Shown here piece by piece: positions 1 to 7,682 of a DNA stretch of 20,000 nucleotides (position 1 is the stretch's first letter; each line of letters begins with the position of its first letter). Below the pieces are notes generated by a model that was given only the letters and a program-made list of their open reading frames with translations, was not told where the DNA came from and did no database searches. The stretch comes from an uncultured virus (IMG/VR IMGVR_UViG_3300042886_000689) (taxonomy: Duplodnaviria; Heunggongvirae; Uroviricota; Caudoviricetes): the IMG/VR virus record IMGVR_UViG_3300042886_000689. One strand, 5' to 3'. Made by a program: the position numbers and the translations under genes.

Positions 1-2214
1 GACGATGTTAGATTTCGTGCCACAAAAGATGGAAACATTGATCTTTCTCAAGATTCATTAATTTTATTGAAAATAATGAAGCTCTGCCAAATGGCAAATC
101 CTAAATTTAATGCCGATGGAACGGTTTTATCCGTTGACCCAATATCATATTGCTACGATGTGACGAGTGATCAGATTATTGCAACAATAAATGATTTTGT
201 TAAATACGGTGCGACTTCAATGGATGCCGGTTCTTCTCAAACAACTTATAACTTGCTAAGAAGTAACCAGTTAAATCTCGCTCGCATGGGGCTTTTTGTT
301 GTTAACTCTGGAGTAGATTCCTACGCGACTCAGAGGGGTTATTACAGTTCAAGAGTGTCCTCGGAGAACGACCCTTCACTGACAAGTATCCCTCCGGTGT
401 ATGCTGTTTTTACTTGCAACTTAGCAGGAAGGTCATACATTGCATCTAATCCTATGTACATTTACCAGAGCAATTTCGGAGATGGAAAAACTCTTAGCTC
501 GGGGTTTACTTACGCCCCCTTGGACTTGTTGAAGAAAACGTCTAACTCAAAAGCATATATATTGGCTCAATCTTATATATTCAACAATTATACTGGGCGA
601 TATAGTAATGGGCCATTAAAGCCAGTTGAGCTTGGTGTGCGAATTCTTGAAGCAACAAAAGCCATTGGTTCGCAATTTAGAGATGCGCCTATGGCTGGCT
701 CTAGCTTTTTCATCGACACTTCTTATTCTTCTGTGCCGACTATCTACAATGCGTTGATTGTCCTTGCTGATGTTGAAATGATGACTGGGTTTAATTCTGA
801 ATATCTTAAAACCATTCCATTTATTTTTGCGTCAAAGCCTGTAAGTGAAGTAATGGGTGATTACATCGCTGTGACTGAACCAAATTTCTTTTATGGCAAA
901 GATGTTCCAGTTGCAAAGTACGCAATGAAAACACCAACCGCCTCGTACACGCAAGATTTCGTAACCGCTGGCCCTACGTTTGCCGAATGGTTTCAGCGAA
1001 TAACCGTAACTCTAAACAATGGAAAGTCATTTGTTTTTCCAAAACAGTCAATTTCTCCGTCAATAAACGTGGGATTTATTTCCCCGTTGAGTATGAATGA
1101 TAATCTTATTACTTATTGGAAAAATTCATTTACTTTTTTATTCACTGATACTTATACATACCAACCTACGCTTGCTGCCCTTGAAATGAATAAATCGAAA
1201 TATCCGTTTCCTCTTCAATTTCCAAGAAAGCTGGTGGAAGGTGATTTCCGTATCCGTAACGGATTATTGTATTCAGACGCATCCAAGTTTTACGCTCTTG
1301 AATTTGTAAGATTTTCACAAAATACAATTGATGCACTTACCACACTTGCAATTCTTCAAACATCTATTGATGAAGTTCAAAAAGATGTAGCAAGTGGTAT
1401 CATTATAAGGGAAGGCAATGGCCAAACAAGGACTTCATGGTATTGGGAGCTTGGAACAAAGATGCCATTCATTCATCCAGTAAGCTTGAAACCCATTGCG
1501 GCAGATCAATACATTGCAGAATTAGTGGTCGAGTCAGCTATTAGTTGGAACAATGCCCTTGCTGGCATCAACACTCTTACTGCTAATTTAAAAGCTCAAA
1601 ACGATGCTTCGTACCAGAGAGCATACGAAGCATATCTTCGCGGCGAAGCTCAAGCGAAGGGGCCTGAAGCACTTGCAGACTACGAAAGAAAGCTCGCTAC
1701 AGGATTCTTTTACACTGACAATGGCTTTAATTATTGGAGGCCATTTACTCCACTAGAAATTTCTCTCATCCAATCATTTAAAGATCAAGCACAATTGTCA
1801 CTCACGATTTCAAATGAAAATATTCTAATCCTTGCTAAAAACAGACTTGATCAAGACGCAGTAAACGCCGCCGTGATTCAGGCCAACCAAGACAAGATGG
1901 AACTAGCTCGGGTTATGGCCAATGTTGAACTAAAGCAAATAGCCGATACCGAGCTTTCAAAAATGATTGTTCCGACACTCTCGTATATTATCGCAAGAGC
2001 GGAAATCGAGGGGGGTGTCCCTACTTCTATTCTTGAGAAATGGACTCAAGAGAATCCATATTATTATCTCAGACAAGACACAAGCGATGCAGTTAATACT
2101 CTTCTTGGTTATTTAACGAGTGCTGAGCAAAAAGTGACTACCGCCCTAGTCGCTGATGCTATTGCCGAAATTGAATACACTAAGGCCCTTCAAGAATTAT
2201 TCACCATAATATAA
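1..2214 (+). CDS. Large hypothetical protein, probably virion-associated; 5'-truncated
   Basis: Frame 1 is open from base 1 (DDVRFRATKDGNIDLSQDSLILLKIMK...), so the start probably lies upstream of the window. N-terminal part is aromatic/beta-rich; C-terminal ~230 aa is Ala/Gln/Leu-rich and helical. Confidence 0.8.
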   Translation, partial: DDVRFRATKDGNIDLSQDSLILLKIMKLCQMANPKFNADGTVLSVDPISYCYDVTSDQIIATINDFVKYGATSMDAGSSQTTYNLLRSNQLNLARMGLFVVNSGVDSYATQRGYYSSRVSSENDPSLTSIPPVYAVFTCNLAGRSYIASNPMYIYQSNFGDGKTLSSGFTYAPLDLLKKTSNSKAYILAQSYIFNNYTGRYSNGPLKPVELGVRILEATKAIGSQFRDAPMAGSSFFIDTSYSSVPTIYNALIVLADVEMMTGFNSEYLKTIPFIFASKPVSEVMGDYIAVTEPNFFYGKDVPVAKYAMKTPTASYTQDFVTAGPTFAEWFQRITVTLNNGKSFVFPKQSISPSINVGFISPLSMNDNLITYWKNSFTFLFTDTYTYQPTLAALEMNKSKYPFPLQFPRKLVEGDFRIRNGLLYSDASKFYALEFVRFSQNTIDALTTLAILQTSIDEVQKDVASGIIIREGNGQTRTSWYWELGTKMPFIHPVSLKPIAADQYIAELVVESAISWNNALAGINTLTANLKAQNDASYQRAYEAYLRGEAQAKGPEALADYERKLATGFFYTDNGFNYWRPFTPLEISLIQSFKDQAQLSLTISNENILILAKNRLDQDAVNAAVIQANQDKMELARVMANVELKQIADTELSKMIVPTLSYIIARAEIEGGVPTSILEKWTQENPYYYLRQDTSDAVNTLLGYLTSAEQKVTTALVADAIAEIEYTKALQELFTII

Positions 2215-2223
2215 GAGATACCT

Positions 2224-4350
2224 ATGACCATTATAAATGTTGGCCGTAGACAAGAAAAATCAGGCCCTACATATCAATTCAAAGATACTTTAGGCATGAT
2301 GCCTGAAAAAATGGCAAGCAAGCTTTATATGCAAGCGTATCACTTTCATCATGATTACAAAGTTATCGAAGACGAAACAATGGGATGGGGGATTAGTTTT
2401 AAGCGAGTCATAAGTGATATTGGAAAAACCATCAATCGTGCATTTAGGGATACGAATAATTTTATTGCAAAAGCAGCAAAGGATATTGCTAAAGTCGCTG
2501 AACCAGTAATGGTTGTCGTTAAAGACGTTGGCTCATTCACAGAAGATGTTTACGCCGCTGCCAAAAAAACTGCCTTGGCCGCGCTCCCTCCTTCTCTTCG
2601 GACATTTGTTGGCACCGCTGTGACACAACTAGAAAACAGGGTCACAAACCCAGCCGCAACGGTTGTGGCTATTACTCAGTCGGCTGGTGAAGTTGCTCAT
2701 AATATTGTAAAAGAAACAGGAAACGCTACAGAGGTTGTTTATAGGGAAGTTACAAAGCCAGCATTTAAAATAGCTAGAAATGTTGCAAACGAAACTATCT
2801 GGCAACCAATTCATAAAGTTGTCGATGTTGCTATCCTTCCAATTCTTCCAAAATCACTCAGGGACAAGGTTGAAAAAGTAATGGACATTCCTGATGGAGC
2901 ATTTAGAGGGAAATTAACCGATAAAGATGTTCTTGCAGGATTAAAGGCATACGTTCAAATCGCTACGCTTCCGGCTGCTACGGCAGGGCGATTTTCTAAC
3001 GATGTTATCAATAGATTAAAAAAAGATGCAATCCTTGGCCCTTTCTTGGAAAAAGTTGATATGTATTCTGGGGGCCTTCTTACTTCGGCCCAGAGTCTCG
3101 CCGCTACTCCTGATGATATTTACAATGATAGAAATATTGACTGGAAAGCAAGGCTCATTGATGCTCTTAAAATATACCTAGCAACTGTCTCCGTTACGGC
3201 CCTCATGAGAAGCACAGCCGTTACGGCTGTTGGAACCGAAACGGGCTTAAATACAACACCGATAGGTAGGGCTGCGCTTGCCGTTGGCGTAGCTTATGGC
3301 TCTGCTTATGCTGGTGGAAGCCTGACAAATCTTACTGTCAAAATTGGAACCGATGCGGCCAAGGATGCTGCCATAAATGAAGCCAAAGCCGCCACGATAA
3401 AAGAAGCTGTTAAAAAAGGCTGGGTTGACGATGCCTATACAGCACGAATGATTTTGTCGGCTGGTGGGAAGTTTTATACCGCTAGTGGCACAGATCAAAC
3501 ATTGATGCAAACAATGGGTAAAGTTCATGATGGTGAATTTCAAAGCCTAGTAAATCGCGAAATTCAACAAAGAACAGGATTGCCAATAACTTATGCACAC
3601 TTGGTTGATGTTTATAACACCGACTGGGCCACACTTGCCGAGGACTTGAACAGACAAATGGCCAGAATGGTGCCGACAATGGGCACATCTGATGGCGAAT
3701 TTTTAACACAAATGGGAAGAAACTTTGTAGATGAAATGAGAAGAATTCCTGCTAATTTCTCAAATATTGGAAGCAATGTTTTAGATGAATTGCAAAGAAC
3801 TCCTGAAAACATGGCAAGACTCGCAAGTATTGTGGCTAAAGAAGCTGATAGAACACCAGAAAATATTGCACGAATCGCCACAAACATTGCTAGAGAGTCA
3901 GTAATTGCCTCTCAAAACGCCGCTGAAGCCGCTGCGCAAGCCGCCAAAGATGTTGCAGCCGAAGCCGCAAGAACACCGGCCAACATTGCAACGGTGTCTG
4001 AAAATGTCGCCACAACGGTTATTAAGGCCGGTGGAGATATTGCATCCGAAGTCGCAAAAACACCTGAGAATATTGTAAACCTAGTTTCCAACGTATCAAT
4101 CACTCCCCCTAGTGTTTCTCCTCCCAAGATTGACTTATCAAACCTTGATGACTTGCTTAAAAAGTATGGCCCAGACTTACTTGCATACCTACAGTCAACC
4201 CATGGGCCTAACTACGCTCAAATGTCGTTCACACCGAGCCAGTTAAGCGATATTGAATTAAATTTTAATCAAAAGAAGAAGAGTAAAGCACCACTTCTTG
4301 TTGGAATTTTTGCGATACTTGCCGCTGGATATGTCGCAACTCAGGATTAA
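2224..4350 (+). CDS. 708-aa Ala-rich helical protein with amphipathic repeats and C-terminal membrane anchor (putative virion membrane/entry protein)
   Basis: Long ORF 9 nt after the previous stop; ExxRTPEN-type repeats; C-terminal KKKSK followed by hydrophobic APLLVGIFAILAAGYVA. Confidence 0.8.
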   Translation: MTIINVGRRQEKSGPTYQFKDTLGMMPEKMASKLYMQAYHFHHDYKVIEDETMGWGISFKRVISDIGKTINRAFRDTNNFIAKAAKDIAKVAEPVMVVVKDVGSFTEDVYAAAKKTALAALPPSLRTFVGTAVTQLENRVTNPAATVVAITQSAGEVAHNIVKETGNATEVVYREVTKPAFKIARNVANETIWQPIHKVVDVAILPILPKSLRDKVEKVMDIPDGAFRGKLTDKDVLAGLKAYVQIATLPAATAGRFSNDVINRLKKDAILGPFLEKVDMYSGGLLTSAQSLAATPDDIYNDRNIDWKARLIDALKIYLATVSVTALMRSTAVTAVGTETGLNTTPIGRAALAVGVAYGSAYAGGSLTNLTVKIGTDAAKDAAINEAKAATIKEAVKKGWVDDAYTARMILSAGGKFYTASGTDQTLMQTMGKVHDGEFQSLVNREIQQRTGLPITYAHLVDVYNTDWATLAEDLNRQMARMVPTMGTSDGEFLTQMGRNFVDEMRRIPANFSNIGSNVLDELQRTPENMARLASIVAKEADRTPENIARIATNIARESVIASQNAAEAAAQAAKDVAAEAARTPANIATVSENVATTVIKAGGDIASEVAKTPENIVNLVSNVSITPPSVSPPKIDLSNLDDLLKKYGPDLLAYLQSTHGPNYAQMSFTPSQLSDIELNFNQKKKSKAPLLVGIFAILAAGYVATQD
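3727..4095 (+). repeat. Degenerate ~18-aa coding repeats (ExxRTP[E/A]N[I/M])
   Basis: EMRRIPANF, ELQRTPENM, EADRTPENI, EAARTPANI, EVAKTPENI in the translation. Confidence 0.8.
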
Positions 4351-4352
4351 AG

Positions 4353-4380
4353 TTGCACAGAGCTAGGAAACTGCTAGAAT
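4353..4380 (+). promoter_or_regulatory. Candidate sigma70-type promoter with extended -10
   Basis: TTGCAC (4353-4358), 16-nt spacer, TAGAAT (4375-4380) preceded by TGc, in the intergenic gap before 4402. Confidence 0.5.
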
Positions 4381-4401
4381 AATATTCCGTAAGAGGTTTT
4401 G

Positions 4402-5028
4402 ATGAAATATGTGAAAAATGATTTTGGTTCAATGGGGACACTTGGCATCTGGCCATTTGACTCTGCTAAAACATTCACAAAAGCTCAAGACCTTGCAGCC
4501 GGAAAAGCTTGGATTCAAAAAATTTACACCACCCTCAAACCAAATGTTACTTTTGCACAATTTGTAACAACTCTTCGCAAAGGTTCTGCAAACAATCCAA
4601 CTCCATTGTCAGACGCGGAGTATGATGCTTGGCTAACATCTAAAGGTTTCGCAGTAAATCTTCAGCCTGAAACACCGGCCAAAGTTCTAACTTCAATGGC
4701 AAGGGCTTTTGCTGCAAATAAAAATATGCTTCCAACAAGAGAATCAATTGATTCAGCATTTTTAAATCCAAATGTTATCAAATGGACATACTGGGATGCG
4801 GCAAAAATAACAGCTTCTCAAACAGCAACACAAGCAGCGGCAATAGTTTCCGATGTTGGAACAGTTCTTGAGACTTCTGGTTCAGCACTTGCCTTTATTA
4901 TCAAATACAGAATACCGATTATTCTTCTTGCCCTTGGTGGAATTGGATATTTTGCCTACTTAAACAAGGGCGAAATAAAGTCTCGTATAAAAGAAAAAAC
5001 ATATAAGAAACTAGGTCTAGGGAAATGA
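4402..5028 (+). CDS. Putative virion membrane protein (208 aa) with C-terminal TM segment
   Basis: AAGAGG SD before ATG 4402; hydrophobic IPIILLALGGIGYFAYL followed by a basic tail; N-terminal DFGSMGTLG motif. Confidence 0.8.
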   Translation: MKYVKNDFGSMGTLGIWPFDSAKTFTKAQDLAAGKAWIQKIYTTLKPNVTFAQFVTTLRKGSANNPTPLSDAEYDAWLTSKGFAVNLQPETPAKVLTSMARAFAANKNMLPTRESIDSAFLNPNVIKWTYWDAAKITASQTATQAAAIVSDVGTVLETSGSALAFIIKYRIPIILLALGGIGYFAYLNKGEIKSRIKEKTYKKLGLGK

Positions 5029-5423
5029 ACTTCTTTAAATGGGTGAATATTTTCTTTTGTGGCGATCAAAACGACAGAAAAAAAGTTGTTCAGGCCGTAC
5101 TTGAATCAATTTCAATTTTTAAAAAAGGCAAACCATCAAAACAGGGCGATGAAGCTGCAAAACTTCTCACTTCTGATAAAGTTGAGTTAATTGGTGTTGT
5201 TCCGCATATTGAGTACATTCGTGTATCAAGTAGAAGTGCGGAAGATTTAGAAGTTATTTGGAATCACCGCTTTTCAGTACCAACACTTTTGTACAGAATT
5301 AAAGACTCACCTTTTTTACTTCTTGCAAACCCCAATATTGAGTATAATGATTCTAAGCTTCTTGAGATTCCAGAAAATGCTGATCTTAAAGAGTTACAAG
5401 ATATTTTAGGAATAATAGGATAA
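5025..5423 (+). CDS. Hypothetical protein (132 aa)
   Basis: ATGA overlap with the upstream stop; fills the gap up to the next SD; ends in GIIG. Confidence 0.8.
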   Translation: MNFFKWVNIFFCGDQNDRKKVVQAVLESISIFKKGKPSKQGDEAAKLLTSDKVELIGVVPHIEYIRVSSRSAEDLEVIWNHRFSVPTLLYRIKDSPFLLLANPNIEYNDSKLLEIPENADLKELQDILGIIG

Positions 5424-5435
5424 TCGGAGGAATTT

Positions 5436-6851
5436 ATGGATTTGCAAATTTTGTATAATAATCCAAGTAGAAAGAAAAAATCGTTTAGATCAAAGCTTAA
5501 TCCATCAAAAAGATTAAAAGCTTCCAAGAGAAGTAAGCTTCGCTCCTCTGGTAAGTCATTCTTTGGCATGAAGAAGAATCCTACTACTGGCAAAGTATCA
5601 TTAATAGAAAGAGCGTTAGGTGTGTTCAAAGCTAAAAAAGAAGAAATTCTTAATAAACCAAAGGAAAAAATCGTGGCTAAGAAAAAAAAGAAGTCAACAA
5701 AGAAAGTTGCTAAAAAAGCAACTAAAAAAGCAACTAAAAAAGCCGCTCCGAAAAAAGCGCGTAAAAAAGTTGCTAAAAAAGCAACAAAGAAAGTTGCTAA
5801 AAAAGCAACAAAGAAAGTTGCTAAAAAAGTTGCCCCTAAAAAGGCTAGAAAAAAAGCAGCTAAAAAAGCAGCTAAAAAAGCAGCTCCGAAAAAAGCGCGA
5901 AAAAAAGCGAGTAAAAAAGCTCGTAATAAAGCAGCTAAAAAAGCTGGCACTTTACCACCGCCAATTCCTACTGCTTCTAACCCTAAGAAGAAAAAAGCTC
6001 GTAAAGTTAGAAGAAAAAAAGGTTCAAAGAAGTCATCTTCCAAGAAAAAATCTTCTAAAAAGAAGAAAGCAACAAAAAAGAAAGCAACAAAAAAGAAAGC
6101 AACAAAAAAAGTTGCCAAAAAGTCTACTAAGCCTAGCTATAAAAAAGCTATGAAGAGTAAATCTCGTAAGTCGAAGAAGAATCCATCGTATAAGAAGAAA
6201 AATTATTCATTAAAAAACAATCCAATCGGAGGAGCTATGTCAAAGGTATCAAAATTTACAAAAAATGTTCTAGCACATGATCTTGGTGAAGCTGGTGGTC
6301 TATTAGCTGGTGGAGCGGCAATCCAAGGGATTCGTCACCTTCAAGCTAAATTTGCCCCACAATTAAGCTCAACTATCGCTCAAATTCCTTTGATCGGTAA
6401 TTTCCTTGCTTCTAACCTTGATGCAATCATTCCTTTGACTGTAGGTGCTATTGCTCACAAATACGTTAAAAATGCTAACGTAAAAATGCTCGCTAAAGGC
6501 ATCATCGGTGCTTCAGTAGTTGGAATCGGTTCTAAAATCTACGCTTCAGCCGCTCAAATGGCCGGTGCTAACATGGCAGGAATCATCGCTGTTCCTTCTA
6601 TGAACGGAATTATCGCTGTTCCTTCAATGAACGGTTTCGGAGCAATGAAAATGACTAACGATTTCGGTTCATCACCGGCTTCGATTTCATCTTCTGACTT
6701 CGGTGCATACGGTGTTGGTCTATCTGGTGAAGGTGGATACTTACAAGATGCTGATTTTGATTCTGCTGGCCCTCGCATGGTAGTTGCTCGTCAACCAGAT
6801 TCATTAAACGGTTACGAAAATGTTGATTACGACGATATGGGTGAATTTTAA
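5436..6851 (+). CDS. Histone H1-like Lys/Ala-rich DNA-condensing region fused to a hydrophobic Gly/Ala-rich membrane-type domain and an acidic Gly-rich tail (putative core protein)
   Basis: GGAGG SD at 5426-5430; KKATKK/KKVAKK/KKAAPKK repeats over aa ~80-260; hydrophobic helices aa ~283-380; acidic C-terminus. Confidence 0.85.
   Translation: MDLQILYNNPSRKKKSFRSKLNPSKRLKASKRSKLRSSGKSFFGMKKNPTTGKVSLIERALGVFKAKKEEILNKPKEKIVAKKKKKSTKKVAKKATKKATKKAAPKKARKKVAKKATKKVAKKATKKVAKKVAPKKARKKAAKKAAKKAAPKKARKKASKKARNKAAKKAGTLPPPIPTASNPKKKKARKVRRKKGSKKSSSKKKSSKKKKATKKKATKKKATKKVAKKSTKPSYKKAMKSKSRKSKKNPSYKKKNYSLKNNPIGGAMSKVSKFTKNVLAHDLGEAGGLLAGGAAIQGIRHLQAKFAPQLSSTIAQIPLIGNFLASNLDAIIPLTVGAIAHKYVKNANVKMLAKGIIGASVVGIGSKIYASAAQMAGANMAGIIAVPSMNGIIAVPSMNGFGAMKMTNDFGSSPASISSSDFGAYGVGLSGEGGYLQDADFDSAGPRMVVARQPDSLNGYENVDYDDMGEF
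5695..6120 (+). repeat. Low-complexity tandem coding repeats (12/15/24-nt units such as GCAACTAAAAAA, AAAGTTGCTAAAAAAGCAACAAAG, AAGAAAGCAACAAAA)
   Basis: Directly visible A-rich tandem repeats encoding KKAT/KKVA/KKAA. Confidence 0.9.
6579..6632 (+). repeat. 27-nt tandem duplication encoding GIIAVPSMN twice
   Basis: ggaatcatcgctgttccttctatgaac / ggaattatcgctgttccttcaatgaac; the two differences are synonymous. Confidence 0.9.
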
Positions 6852-6856
6852 TTTGC

Positions 6857-6956
6857 ATTTTTGCAAAAATTAACGAGAATAAAAGAGTAAATAAAAGTCG
6901 GCGTATTAATCGCAACAACAAAGAACCGACTCTATAAATGAAACGACTTCATTTAT
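6857..6956 (+). promoter_or_regulatory. Structured intergenic leader upstream of candidate capsid gene
   Basis: Perfect 14-bp palindrome ATTTTTGCAAAAAT (6857-6870); AGTCGG/CCGACT inverted repeat (6896-6901/6926-6931); 9-bp stem ATAAATGAA/TTCATTTAT (6934-6956). Confidence 0.5.
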
Positions 6957-6981
6957 TAACAGATGTTCTAAGGAGAACCAC

Positions 6982-7581
6982 ATGGCATCGACACAGTTAA
7001 ACGAAGTAGGCGGCGTAGCCCTTCGTGACCAAATCAAACAACCGTTATATGATAGTATTGACATTTCGTCAGCATCATCAATAACAGAAGAACGTCAGTT
7101 TTTCGCTAACACTCAAGGTAAGTCTCTAGTTCAGTCTAACCTTCGTGGTAACGGTTCTCTTGAGCGTAACAAGTCTTTCCGTATTATGGGAATTCAAGTT
7201 GACGCGATTTCTCAAGATGCTGACAAGCAAGAACTTCTTGCTCTTTTCTCAACTTATTCTTATGTTCAACTTTGGTTGGCTGAGAAGCAATACTGGGAAT
7301 CACCTCTTCGCTTTGTAACTGGTAAGATTCGTTCTACAGTTGCTCTAGCTGGTGCTACTGATGCTGCTTCAGTTTATAACCAATTTGGTGACGCTGGTTG
7401 TAACCCAGTATCTTTCCAAGGTGAACAAACTTTGGATATTGGCCCTTTAACTAATTTCTACTTGGTTTTCAAAGTAGAAGGTGCTTCTGCTGGTCAGATC
7501 ACTAAGATGACTCCATCTGCTGATTACCCAATCCGCTTTGTTGCATCTCTTAAAGGTATTCTTCGTCGTCCAGTTCAATAA
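6982..7581 (+). CDS. Candidate major capsid protein, putative single jelly-roll fold (199 aa)
   Basis: Strong TAAGGAG SD; codon choice typical of high expression (CGT, AAC, GGT, GCT); alternating beta-strand patterns (FRIMGIQVD, YVQLWL, FYLVFKVE, IRFVASLKG); strong terminator immediately after. Fold is inferred. Confidence 0.65.
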   Translation: MASTQLNEVGGVALRDQIKQPLYDSIDISSASSITEERQFFANTQGKSLVQSNLRGNGSLERNKSFRIMGIQVDAISQDADKQELLALFSTYSYVQLWLAEKQYWESPLRFVTGKIRSTVALAGATDAASVYNQFGDAGCNPVSFQGEQTLDIGPLTNFYLVFKVEGASAGQITKMTPSADYPIRFVASLKGILRRPVQ

Positions 7582-7594
7582 TCTGGAATTGTTT

Positions 7595-7626
7595 GGAGAG
7601 GGAGCTTCGGCTCTCTCTCCTTTTTT
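7595..7626 (+). terminator. Rho-independent terminator
   Basis: 11-bp stem GGAGAGGGAGC/GCTCTCTCTCC (one G-U), cUUCGg tetraloop, followed by T6. Confidence 0.92.
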
Positions 7627-7682
7627 AAAACTTCTTCACTTTGAATAAAGCCTTGATTGGCTTTGAAAAAAGGGAACCTCGT

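Noticed and set aside
67..69. TTG start given by the ORF track for the first gene
   Set aside because: Frame is open back to base 1 and there is no SD, so the gene probably starts upstream of the window
2224..4350. Call as a tailed-phage tape measure protein
   Set aside because: No adjacent tail tube, tail chaperone, Dit or baseplate genes recognisable; the single C-terminal anchor and gene context fit a membrane virion protein better
5264..6118. 284-aa minus-strand Phe/Leu/Ala-rich ORF that looks like a membrane protein
   Set aside because: Antisense shadow of the AAA/GCT Lys-Ala repeats; low-complexity DNA lacks stops by composition, and the + strand gene has a strong SD
5620..6153. 177-aa alternative-frame Lys/Leu/Gln-rich ORF, possible programmed frameshift product
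   Set aside because: Expected by-product of A-rich repeats; no convincing SD or stimulatory structure seen, though slippage on the A-runs cannot be excluded
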